From assembly GCF_963921235.1 (NCBI RefSeq), contig NC_086097.1:146012001-146076000 (forward strand): a DNA stretch of 64,000 bases, written 5' to 3'. A program made the position numbers and the translations under genes. The stretch is from Mobula hypostoma. Lineage: Eukaryota. Positions 1 to 11,229 of the stretch are shown in pieces; position 1 is the first letter of the stretch; the number at the start of each line of letters is the position of its first letter. The notes below the pieces were generated by a model. It worked only from the letters and a program-made list of their open reading frames with translations, had not been told where the DNA came from and searched no databases.

Positions 1-441
1 ATCTGTATGAAAATAAATCTCAATGTAGTATATGGCAACATATGTGTACTTTAATAATAAATTTACGTTGAACTTTGAACTCTGAGCAACCAATGTGCAA
101 AAGAAGACAAACTGTACAATGTTTTATCCTTTGTTGCAGCACACTTCCACTAGCTTCAGCTGTTCCCCCACCACCACTCATCTGTCTGTCTGTTCCAAGG
201 GGTTCAGCTTCAGGAAGGAGTGTTTTGGGTCTGTGGGTATTAGGTGGGTTAGAGCAAACACCTTCAAGCAAATCCATTGGTCTCCCATTAGTTAGTCTGA
301 ATAAGTACCAGATGTTTGCCAGTCATAGCTTGCTATGACTTTAAACCATTCCCCTCCTTTGTGATGACTGGATGGTTGAGAGAAGGATGTTGGTAAAGGG
401 GGAGGGGTGAGTTAAAGAGAAAAGTTTGGGGCGGGGCTAAT

Positions 442-599
442 GAAGGGAGAAGAGAAGGGAGAAGAGAAGGGAGAAGAGAAGGGAGAAGAGAAGGGAGAAG
501 AGAAGGGAGAAGAGAAGGGAGAAGAGAAGGGAGAAGAGAAGGGAGAAGAGAAGGGAGAAGAGAAGGGAGAAGAGAAGGGAGAAGAGAAGGGAGAAGAGA
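442..599 (+). repeat. Pure-purine minisatellite (GAAGGGAGAAGA)n, ~13 copies
   Basis: Perfect 12-bp period read directly; it produces the (FSLL)n artefact ORF 437..763. Confidence 0.97.
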
Positions 600-690
600 T
601 TAAAGGAGGCAGTTAGGTAAAGTGGAAGCGGTGGAGGAATGGCAAAGAAGGCAAACAGGAGATTGAGGAAGAGGTTATAGATGAGACTAT

Positions 691-707
691 TGTGTGTGTG
701 TGTGTGT
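691..707 (+). repeat. (TG)n microsatellite
   Basis: Direct reading. Confidence 0.9.
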
Positions 708-1860
708 CCTCCTTCACCCTGAGGATCTGTATGATAAGAAGAGGGACATTCTGACCTCTGCAAATGGATGCAAATATCTGCAGGGTACAGAGTTTAAATG
801 TGACGTACAGACTGGTTTTGCTTGCGTTTCTGGGATCAGTTTTGAGGCATGAATTGTAGTTTTCACATGAAAGCAGCACAGGGTGCATTTGTGTGGAAGA
901 GATAAGATCAACACAGGAAACAGAAGCGCTCTCTCTTTCATAGGGTAGAGTTATGACTTTTAATCCTTTGAACATCTCTGGCACACTTCTGCACAATGTT
1001 TTTTGTTTCATGAGTTACAGATTAATCCTGATCATTTACTGCTCTTTCCTGCCCAGTGTTTCTAAAGAGAGCTGATGTGTTTTACTGTTTAGAATTTTAT
1101 TTTGTATTACAATGAATGGAATTGAGAGATGAGCTAAATGTAAAGTTGCACAATTTGGCAGCTCCATTATTTTGGGCAGGATGCAAACTCCCCCCCCCCC
1201 TCCTCTTCTCCACAAAAAGCCAGCAAGCTCCTAGAATGTTAGAGGGAATTGGTGACGGGAGCTGTTAGGGCAAGGTTCAGCCACAATTTTCACTGCAGTT
1301 GAAAGCTTTCCAAATCTAAGGGGCAAACATTGACTGAGTCATATCTGAAGTTAGTTTAAAGCTTAATTTGGATTGAAAAAAGCTGGTGTTTCACTTCAGT
1401 TTACTGTCAGTGAAAGGCCAAGAACTCAGCTCGTTCCTGAAGACTGTGCTGAGGGGCATATCAGATACGTGTGTTTATATTGCAATCCTAAAATATTCTA
1501 ATGCAATTGCAATTGTGTGTATTTAAATATTATAATATGGGAAACATTACGGCCAGCTCATGCAGATAAAAAGCATCCATAAGCAGCTTTGACTGAGATA
1601 AACAACAACTTTTAATGTTTAGATAATATTCATTTGAAGGATAGATGCTAGCCATTACTGGGACAGTCATCTTACCATTTCTGAAAGAAGGCTGAGGATC
1701 CCTTTAGAACCACACGTGAAAGCAAACATGGGAGCTCTGCACCATTACAGACCAAAAAAAATGGTTTTCATATTGCTGTCAGTTGGACTGACCAGAACCA
1801 AGAGTGAATCACTGCAGCGTGGGTAATCCAGTCTATCATATTGCAAATGAGTCACTGAGT

Positions 1861-2150
1861 AAACAAACACACAAAATGTTGTAGGAACTCAAAAGGTTAG
1901 ACAGTACCTATGCAGGCAAATAAGTAGTGCAAGCTGGCATGTAATAGGCAAACCCTGGTTGGGGAAAGGTGGGTGGGGTGGTGAAGAAGGGTGATAAAGT
2001 GAAGTGCTGGGAGCCGTTAAGTGGCAAAAGTAAAGGGCTGAAGAAGAAGGAATCTGACAGGAGAGGAGAGTGGACCATGGGAGAAAGGGAAGCGGAGACA
2101 CCAGAGGGAGGTGATAAGCAGGAGAGAAGAGAAGGGGTCAGGAATAGTGG
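1861..2150 (-). mobile_element. Penelope-like element 3' region fragment (degenerate)
   Basis: Reverse complement resembles the pyrimidine-rich 3' region and terminus of the PLE at ~10800-11157. Confidence 0.5.
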
Positions 2151-2352
2151 AGAGCTCCCTCTGTTTACTTTCACACACAGTTCTAAATGGCTCCTTGGAG
2201 AATGAAGAATGGGGCAGGGGAGATCTCATTGAAATCTATTGAATATTGAAAGACCTATGTAGAGTGGATGTTTCCCATACGGGGAAGCCTAGGACTAGAA
2301 GGCACAGCCTCAGAATATAAGGACGTCACTTTATAACGGAGCTGAAGAGATG

Positions 2353-2558
2353 CAGTATGCAGAATGTGCTGGAGGGACTCAGCAGGTCAGGCAGCATCTC
2401 CGGATGGGAATAAATGGGTGAACGGTCCTGATGAAGGGTCTTGGCCTAAAACATCAACTGTTTATTCCCATCTGTAGATGCTGCCTGACCTGCTGAGTTT
2501 CTCCAGCATATTATGTGTAATGCTCTAGATTTCCAGCATCTGTGATACCTCTTGTATC
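2353..2558. mobile_element. Short palindromic Penelope-derived element with a decayed hammerhead motif
   Basis: ~55-bp inverted arms (2359-2414 / 2461-2517) around CTGATGA-AGGGTCTTGGCCT-AAAA; flanked by AGAGATG direct repeats (2346-2352, 2559-2565). Confidence 0.75.
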
Positions 2559-3072
2559 AGAGATGTGGAAGAATTTCTTTAGCCAGGGGGTGGTGAATCT
2601 GCAGAATTGTTAGATGTGTTCAGGAAGGTTTCTTGACACAATACGTAAATAAGCCTACAAGAGGAGAGGCTGTACTTGATTTGGTATTTGGAAATGAACC
2701 TGGTCAGGTGTCAGGTCTCTCAGTGGGAGAGCATTTTGGAGATAGTGATCACAATTCTATCTCCTTTACCATAGCATTGGAGAGAGGTAGGAACAGACAA
2801 GCCAGGGAAACGTTCAATTGGAGTAAGTAGTAATATAAGGCTATCAGGCAGGAACTTGGAAGCATAAATTGGAAACAGATGTTCTCAGGGAAATATACGG
2901 AAGAAATGTTGCAAATGTTCAGGGGGTATTTGCGTGGGGTTCTGCATAGACATGTTCCAATGAGACATGGAAGGATGGTGGGGTACAGGGACTGTGGTGC
3001 AAAGGCCATTTTAAATCTAGTCAAGAAGAAAAGAGGAGCTTACGAAAGGTTCAAAAAACTAGGTAATGATAG

Positions 3073-4025
3073 TGTCACGAGTACAGAGCACGAGTGGACC
3101 CAAAAGCAGGACACAAACACGCCTTGTAGCATTAACAAGAATAGTGTTTATTAATCATTACTAGGAAAGCAGGCAAGCAAGAATTGTTCAGAGGGAGATC
3201 AAGGAGAGAGCAAAGCAGAAGCGGGAATAAGTGTGGCTAGACTCGGACTTGGGCTTGGAACTCAGAACCCGGACTTGGGCTTGGGCTTGGAACTCGGAAC
3301 ATCAGAAACCTGGACCTGGAACTCGGAATATCAGGAGCCTGGACCTTTCTTAGACACAGGACACAGAACACTGAGCCGGGACTCCTCCTTGGACACAGGA
3401 CATAGAGCCGGGACTCTTCTTTTAGACACAGGACGCAGAACACTGAGAAACAGGATTCCCCAACTCAGAATAGCAGCAAAATGGCCAGACCTACTCAGTG
3501 GAGTCGAGAACATGAAGAGACGGTACCACACAACAATAGACATTTCATACCTTGACACAAAGTGGCTCCAAGTAGTGGCAAGCCCTTTACGCGGCCCAGG
3601 AACTACAGACAGCGGTTCTATTCTCACTCTGGTGGGTTAACTTGATGGACCCACTTCAGTGAGGCAGTTTAGTGGCTCGATCAGGCAAGGTAACTTAACG
3701 GGCTGGCTCCAGCGAGGAGAGGCGACTTACTAGCACTCGCTTCGGGGAGAAGACTTGAGTAGCTCCGGCAATGTAACTTGGCTCATTCCGGCAGGGAGAC
3801 TTGCTCGCACTTGCTTCAGTGACATCCAATGACGATCTAGTCCTGAGTAGCTGTAAGCCCTATACTAAATACTGCTCGTTCAGCTGAGACTCAAGTGCCT
3901 TTAATTACAGAGCCCAAGAAACACGGGGAAACAATGAATTAAGGAAAACAAGGAGTCAACGGTCCTGATTGTGACACAAGGTAAATTTAAAGGGACCCAG
4001 GGAATAACCGATCAGGACCTTGACA
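3073..4025 (-). mobile_element. Solo LTR (probably Gypsy-type) inserted in the CR1
   Basis: TGTCA...TGACA termini; degenerate TSD GATAG/GATCA; minus-strand AATAAA near 3148-3153; GGACTT-type repeats; homologous to 9436-10437 and 47739-49123; the CR1 reading continues across it. Confidence 0.8.
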
Positions 4026-4708
4026 GATCAAGATCTAGAAGATTATAAGGCTAGCCGGAAGGAGCTTAAGAACGAAATTAGGAGAGCCAGAAGGGGCCAT
4101 GAGAAGGCCTTGGTGGATCGGATTAAGGAAAACCCCAAGGCATTCTATAAGTATGTGAAGAGCAAGAGGATAAGACGTGAGAGAATAGGAGCAATCAAAT
4201 GTGATAGTGGAAAAGTGTGTATGGACTGCAGTATTCACTATGGAAAAGGATCTTGGCGATTGTAGGGATGACTTGCAGCAGACTGAAAAGCTTGAGCGTG
4301 TAGATATTAAGGAAGAAGATGTGCTGGAGCTTTTGGAAAGCATCAAGTTGGATAAGTCACCAGGACCAGATGGGATGTACCCCTGGCTACTGTGGGAAGC
4401 AAGGGAGCTGAACCAGAAGATATGGGGATGGAAGAGGTTCCGGACGATTGGAAGGTTGCAGATGTTGTTCCTTTATTCAAGAAAGGGAGTAAGGATAGCC
4501 CAGAAAATTATAGGCCAATGAGTCTTACTTCAGTGATTGGTAAGTTGATGGAGAAGATCCTGAAAGGCAGGGTTTATGCATATTTGGAGAAGCATAATAT
4601 GATTAGGAATAGTCAGCATGGCTTTGTCAAAGGCGGGTTGGGCCTTACGAGCCTGATTGAATTTTTTGAGGGTGTGACTAAACACATTGATGAGGGTAGA
4701 GCCGTAGA

Positions 4709-6507
4709 TAGAAACATAGAAACATAGAAAATAGGTGCAGGAGTAGGCCATTCGGCCCTTCGAGCCTGCACCACCATTTATTATGATCATGGCTGATCAT
4801 CCAACTCAGAACCCTGCACCAGCCTTCCCTCCATACCACCTGATCCCCCTAGCCACAAGGGCCATATCTAACTCCCTCTTAAATATAGCCAATGAACTGG
4901 CCTCAACTGTTTCCTGTGGCAGAGAATTCCACAGATTCACCACTCTCTGTATGAAGAAGTTTTTCCTAATCTCAGTGTTAAAAGGCTTCCCCTTTATCCT
5001 CAAACTGTGACCCCTCGTTCTGGACTTCCCCAACATCGGGAACAATCTTCCTGCATCTAGCCTGTCCAATCCCTTTAGGATTTTATACGTTTCAATCAGA
5101 TCCCCCCTCAATCTTCTGAATTCAAACGAGTACAAGCCTAGTTCATCCAGTCTTTCTTCATATGAAAGTCCTACCATCCCAGGAATCAATCTGGTGAACC
5201 TTCTTTGTACTCCCTCTATGGCAAGGATGTCTTTCCTCAGATGAGGGGACTAAAACTGCACACAATACTCCAGGTGTGGTCTCACCAAGGCCTTGTACAA
5301 CTGCAGTAGTACTTCCCTGCTCCTGTACTCGAATCCTCTTGCTATAAATGCCAGCATACCATTCACCTTTTTCACCGCCTGCTGTACCTGCATGCCCACT
5401 TTCAATGACTGGTGTATAATGACACCCAGGTCTCGTTGCACCTCCCCTTTTCCTAATCGGCCACCATTCAGATAATAATCTGTTTTCCTATTTTTGCCAC
5501 CAAAGTGGATAACTTCACATTTATCCACATTAAATTGCATCTGCCATGAATTTGCCCACTCACCCAACCTATCCAAGTCACCCTGCATCCTCTTAGCATC
5601 CTCCTCACAGCTAACACTGCCGCCCAGCTTCGTGTCATCCGCAAACGTGGAGATGCTGCATTTAATTCCCTCATCCAAGTCATTAATATATATTGTAAAC
5701 AACTGGGGTCCCAGCACTGAGCCTTGCAGTACCCCACTAGTCACTGCCTGCCATTCTGAAAAAGTCCCGTTTATTCCCACTCTTTGCTTCCTGTCTGCTA
5801 ACCAATTCTCTATCCACATCAATACCTTACCCCCAATACCGTGTGCTTTAAGTTTGCACACTAATCTCCTGTGTGGGACCTTGTCAAAAGCCTTTTGAAA
5901 ATCCAAATATACCACATCCACTGGTTCTCCCCTATCCACTCTACTAGTTACATCCTCAAAAAATTCTATGAGATTTGTCAGACATGATTTTCCTTTCACA
6001 AATCCATGCTGACTTTGCCCGATGATTTCACCGCTTTCCAAATATGCTGTTATCACATCTTTGATAACTGACTCCAGCAGTTTCCCCACCACTGACGTTA
6101 GGCTAACTGGTCTATAATTCCCTAGTTTCTCTCTCCCTCCTTTTTTAAAAAGTGGGGTTACATTAGCCACCCTCCAATCCTCAGGAACTAGTCCAGAATC
6201 TAAAGAGTTCTGAAAAATTATCACTAATGCATCCACTATTTCTTGGGCTACTTCCTTAAGCACTCTGGGATGCAGACCATCTGGCCCTGGGGATTTATCT
6301 GCCTTTAATCCCTTCAATTTACCTAACACCACTTTCCTACTAACAAGTATTTCGCTCAGTTCCTCCATCTCACTGGACCCTCTGTCCCCTATTATTTCTG
6401 GAAGATTATTTATGTCCTTCTTAATGAAGACAGAACCAAAGTAATTATTCAATTGGTCTGCCATGTCATTTCTCCCCATAATCAATTCACCTGTTTCTGT
6501 CTGTAGG
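4709..6507 (-). mobile_element. Young 5'-truncated CR1 LINE inserted antisense into the host CR1
   Basis: (atagaaac)n tail at ~4709-4730; host sequence 'gccgtagat...gtagtgtatatggatttt' is interrupted. Confidence 0.93.
4806..6506 (-). pseudogene. CR1 ORF2 reverse transcriptase, ~565 codons with one premature stop (5250-5252)
   Basis: ORFs 5250..6977 and 4806..5189 share a frame; motifs KSPGPDG, NYRPVSLTS, YLDFQKAFDKVPH, QGSVLGP, FADDTK, RPHLEYC. The ORF part above ~6507 is antisense host sequence. Confidence 0.9.
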
Positions 6508-8879
6508 GTGTAGTGTATATGGATTTTAGCAAGGCATTTGATAAGGTACCCCATGCAAGGCTTATTGAGAAAGTAAGGAGGCATGAGATCCAAGGACCCC
6601 ACTTGGAGTACTGTGCTCAATTCTGGTCGCCTCACTACAGGAAGGACGTGGAAACCATAGAAAGGGTGCAGAGGAGTTTTACAAGGATGTTGCCTGGATT
6701 GGGGAGCATGCCTTATGAGAATAGATTGAGTCAACTTGGCCTTTTCTCCTTGGAGCGCTGGAGGATAAGAGGTGACCTGATAGGTTGCTTTGTGGATCCA
6801 GAACTGGCTTGCCCACAGAAGGCAAAGAGTGGTTGCAGACGGGTCATATTCTGCATGGAGGCCGGTGACCAGTGGTGTGCCACAGGGATCTGTTCTGGGA
6901 CCTCTACTCTTTGTGATTTTTATAAATGACCTAGATGAGGAAGTGGATGGATGGGTTAGTAAATTTGCTGATGACACAAAGGTTGGGAGTGTTGTGGATA
7001 GTGTGGAGGGCTGTCAGAGGTTACAGTGGGACATTGATAGGATGTAAAACTGGGCTGAGAAGTGGCAAATGGAGTTCAACCCAGATAAGTGTGAGGTGGT
7101 TCATTTTGGTAAGTCAAAGATGATGGCAGAATACAGCATTAATGGCAAGACTCTTAGTTGTGTGGAGGATCAGAGGGATCTTGGGGTCCAAGTCCATAGG
7201 ACACTCAAAGCTGCTACGCAGGTTGACTCCGTGGTTAAGAAGGCATTCATCAATCGTGGGATTGAGTTTAAGAGCCAAGAGGTAATGTTGCAGCTTTATA
7301 GGACCCTGGTCTGACCCCACTTGGAGTACTATGCTCAGTTCTGGTCACCTCACTACAGGAAGGACGTGGAAACCACAGAAGGGGTGCAGAGGAGATTTAC
7401 AAGGATGTTGCCTGGATTGGGGAGCTTGCCTTATGCGAGTAGAGTGAGTGAGCTCGGCCTTTTCTCCTTGGAGCGATGGAGGATGAGAGGTGATCTGATA
7501 GAGATGTACAAGATAACGAAGGCTGAAATGGCTAGCACGAGAGGATATAGTTTTAAGGTGCTTGGAAGTAGGTACAGAGGAGATGTCAGGAGTAAGTTTT
7601 CTACGCAGAGTCGTGAGTGCGTGGAATGGGCTGCCGGCAGCGGTGGTGGAGACGAAAAAAACGATAGGACCTTTTAAGAGAGTCCTGGATGGATACATGG
7701 AGCTTAGAAAAATAGAGGGCTATGGGTAAGCCTGGGTAGTTCTAAGGTTAGGATATGTTCGGCACAGCTTTGTGGGCTGAAGGGCCTGTATTTTGCTGTA
7801 GGTTTTCTATGTTTCTATGTTAATTCATTGCCACAGAAGGCGGTGGAAGCTAAGTCATTGGGTATATTTAAATCGGAGGTTGATATGTTCTTAATTACTA
7901 AGGTTGTCAAAAGCTATGGTGAGAAGGCAGGAGAATGGGGTTGAGGGGAAAAATAAATCATCCATGATAGAATGGCAGAGCAGACTCAATGGGCTGAATG
8001 GCCTAATTCTGCTCCTATGTCTTATGATCTTATGGTAAGAAGGGAAGCAAAATGGAAAAAGAGAGGAAACAGGGAGATACCCTCATAATGAGCAGAACAA
8101 TAGAAAAGGTAGTTGACATAACAATGTCTTTTTCAATGAACTCAGAATGTGGGTGGACACACTGCCTATTTTCAGTTGCCAAGGGAAGGTGCTGATTGTT
8201 GCTGCACCAAAGTATCTTGGGACATCCAGAAGATAAAATATCTCAGGATAATGCTGTCAAACAGCAAAATACAAGTGCAAATGTTGGCATTCAAATATCT
8301 GGGTTGTGTACATTCCAAGTGTTTTGTCGCTGATAGTGTGGAATCTTCTCCATTGTTGGAAGAAGTCTGATACTCCATCAAAGGATGTTTGTTATAAGTC
8401 AGTTGGCTACTTGAACACTTAAAATACAATCAAACAGGATTCCTCTGCGCTGGAATTTAAACATAAACATTAAAGTACTGGAAAGGTAATGAACCTGGTC
8501 AGGTGCCAGATTCATTATCATTGTTGTTAAAAATGTATTAAAAATATGGATTATCACTAAGTCTGAATTTAAACCCCAGATGTGATGGTTGGAATTAAAT
8601 TTACATCTCTGGATAGGTAGTCCACAGTGGTTACCGGGTTCAGCAAGTTAAACATTGCACTACGATTCAACCTCAAAAAAGCTGAAGTCGACAGCTTTCA
8701 AGGGGAAGTCGGAAAGATCACTGGAGTAACACCTAGCATGGAGGAGGATAGCTATGGTTTCTGGACATCGACCATCCTAGCCGAGGACAGAGCTGCATGA
8801 TTTCCTTAGGAAGAAAATAATAAGCTTAATTATTATCATTGCTTCATCAATTCTGTCATAAAGTCAGAAGTTGGGAGGT

Positions 8880-9250
8880 TTGATGATAATTGTATAATAT
8901 TTAATTCCATTTGCAACTTCTCAACAAGCAGTCCATACCTTTGGGCAGCAGGACCTAGACAACATTCAAGCTTGAGCAGATAAGCAATTACTATCTCTAA
9001 AGCTGGAGTATATTCAAAGCAACACTGTTACCAAGTCCCCCACCATAAATGTCCTGTGAATTATCATTGAGCAGTCTCAACTGGTGCAGCTGCAGAAATA
9101 CCAAGACCACAGGAGCCAGTTAGAGGTTATATATCCTGTGACAAGTGATTCAAATTCTGACACTGAAAATCCTTTCCACCATCCACATGGTATAAGTCAG
9201 AAGAGTGACAGAATACTTTCCACTGCTCTGGATGAGTGCAGCAACAACAT
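8880..9250 (+). mobile_element. Old CR1/L2-group LINE RT C-terminal fragment
   Basis: 'cagcaggacctagacaacattcaagcttgagcagataag' reads QQDLDNIQA*ADK, a typical post-FADD segment. Confidence 0.5.
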
Positions 9251-9435
9251 CAAAAAAAAACCCACCACCAAGCACATCTTTCCCTCCCCCTGACTTTCTG
9301 TTTTCCGCAGGGATTATGCCCTACGCAACCCTCTTTTCCATTTGTCCCTCCCCACTGATCTCCCTCCTGGCACTCATCCTTGCAAGCGGAAGAAGTGCTA
9401 CACCTCCTCCCTCACTACCATTCACGTCCCCAAAC

Positions 9436-10437
9436 TGTCATGATCCGGTCCGTGAAGTATGTGTTCCGGTTCATAGTCTGGTCCATGGACTCCAGACTCC
9501 AGGTCTTCCGGCTGTCCCTTGTTTCAGCTGGGCTTAATCATAGGCACCTGATGCTCGTCTTGGGGCTGGGAATATAAGTGGCCCTGGGTTCTAGTGTTGG
9601 GGCTGGTTTGTCTTGTCAGTATCCCCTTGGAGCAACCTGCTGGGGGAAGGCTAGAGCAGCCATTTGTGATCTCTAGGCCTAGTTGGAGGACCACCACTTC
9701 ATGGAGCCTTGTTGTCTCTAGTCGGAGCAGTCATCGTGGTATGGATTTAGCCATTTCTGGGGCCAGCTGAGTGGCCGTCTGCCACTCTGAACTAGAACTT
9801 GGCTGTTTCTGTAGTCAGTCAAGATTGCTGGCCGCCCCGAGACTCGGAACCACCCCAGATTGCGCTCCCTTCCTGTCCTGTGGGGTAAGTCAGGCTGTCC
9901 TTGCCATTACCCTACAGTAGGATCTGTCCCTTCCTGTCCTTGCCTCTGTTGGGTAAGCCAGGCTGTCTTTGCTGTTACCCTGAGGCAGGACTGTTCTCTT
10001 CCATCTGAATCCCTGTCAGTTTCCTTGGCGGTTTACCTGGGCAGTCATCTTGGCACGGTGTCCAAGGAAGGGGCCCGGCCCTGTGCTCTAAGAAGGAGTT
10101 CCTCATTCTGCCCAGGAAAGCCTCGAAGAATCCAAGCCTTGTCCAATCCTGTAGCCATGTCATGTCCTCGCCTAGTTCCGGGGTCCGAGCCCGAGCCAAG
10201 ACCCAGGTTCTGGGTCCTTGTTCAGTCTCTGGCTCAGAGTCCAAGCCCAGGCACCTAGTTCCCAGTTCCTGGTCCTGGTCCCGCTTTCCCAGCTGAAGTC
10301 CTAGCCCAAGTCTGTGTTCCTGTCCCAGCTCCTAGTCTGTGTCCAGTCCTGTCCCTAACTCTAGTCCAGTCCGGTTCCCAGTACTTAAGTGTCTGTGTCT
10401 TGCATTTGGGTTCACCTTCAGTGCCCCCCTTATGACA
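9436..10437 (+). mobile_element. Solo LTR inserted in the Penelope-like element
   Basis: TGTCA...TGACA termini; 5-bp TSD CAAAC/CATAC; TATA-like AATATAAG at ~9571; PLE sequence 'cccaaac|agtccttccagg' rejoins when it is removed. Confidence 0.85.
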
Positions 10438-11060
10438 CATACAGTCCTTCCAGGTGAGGCAACACTTCACCTGTGAGTCCGTTGGAGGCCGGTGCTCCTG
10501 CTGTGGCCTCCCGTATATTAGTGAGACCCAACATAGATTAGGAGACCGTTTCACCAAGTACCTACGCTCTGTTCACCAGAAAAAGCAGGATCTCCCCGTG
10601 GTCACCTATTTTAATTCCCCTTCCCATTCCCATTCTGATATGTCCATCTATGGCTTCCTCTACCATCGCAATGAGGCCTCACTCAGGTTGGAGGAGCAAC
10701 ACCTTATGTTTTGTCTGGGTAGCCTCCAACCTGATGGCAGCAACATCAATTTCTTGAGCTTCCAGTAATCCCCCCACCCCCCTCTCCTTCACAATTCCCC
10801 ATTCCCATTTTCCTCTCACCTTATCTCTTTACCCTGTCCATCACCACCCTCTGGTGCTCCTCTCCCCTTTTCTTTCTTCCATAGCCTTCTGTCCTCTCCT
10901 ATCAGATTTCCCCTTCTCCAGCCCTGTATCTCTTTCATCATATCAACTTCTCAGCTCTTTATTTCACCCCTCCCCCTCCACCCAGTTTCATCTATCACCT
11001 CGTGTTTCTTCCTCTTCCACCCCCCCCACCTTCTAATTCTGACTCCTCACTCTTTTTCTC

Positions 11061-11098
11061 CAGTCCTGATGAAGAGTCTCGGCCCGAAATATCGACTG
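11061..11098 (+). ncRNA. Minimal type I hammerhead ribozyme motif (PLE-associated)
   Basis: Stem I CAGTC/GACTG, core CTGATGA, short stem II, GAAA, palindromic stem III (ATAT), NUH triplet ATC. Confidence 0.7.
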
Positions 11099-11229
11099 TA
11101 CTCTTTTCTATAGATGCTGCCTGGCCTGCTGAGTTCCTCCAGCATTCTGTGTGTGATTTTCTCTTATTTGTGATCAAAAAAACTACACCATCCAGTATAA
11201 AATATTGATACAAAATATACAAAGTACTG

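Larger units (their letters stand above)
2610..7820 (+). mobile_element. CR1 LINE ORF2 region (endonuclease end, RT, 3' UTR), degraded and interrupted
   Basis: PTRGEAVLDLV, GDSDHN, KSPGPDG, ENYRPMSLTS, SQHGF, YMDFSKAFDKVPH, GVPQGSVLGP and KFADDTK in successive ORF pieces; (ttctatgt)n tail at ~7805-7820. Confidence 0.93.
2190..8035 (+). mobile_element. Outer CR1 LINE 3' fragment, split into ~2190-2609 and ~7821-8035 by nested insertions
   Basis: 'tttagccagggggtggtgaatctgcagaatt' resumes as 'aattcattgccacagaaggcggtggaagc' and ends in a (cttatg)n-type tail, matching the 3' ends of other CR1 copies in the window. Confidence 0.8.
9261..11157 (+). mobile_element. Penelope-like retroelement 3' part (GIY-YIG endonuclease remnant + 3' UTR), split by a solo LTR
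   Basis: PTTKHIFPSP...; FTCESVG-RCSCCGLPYISETQHRLGDRF is a degenerate GIY-YIG C-x2-C/YIGET motif; LEEQHLMFCLGSLQPDG.N C-terminus; hammerhead motif in the 3' terminus. Confidence 0.85.

Noticed and set aside
437..763. 108-aa ORF with (FSLL)n resembling a membrane protein
   Set aside because: It is the translation of the 12-bp minisatellite.
5250..6977. 575-aa ORF as a single gene
   Set aside because: Chimeric: the first ~155 aa are antisense of the host CR1; only the part below ~6507 is real CR1 ORF2.
8600..8810. Possible exon in unique sequence
   Set aside because: Short open frames only and no recognisable protein similarity.
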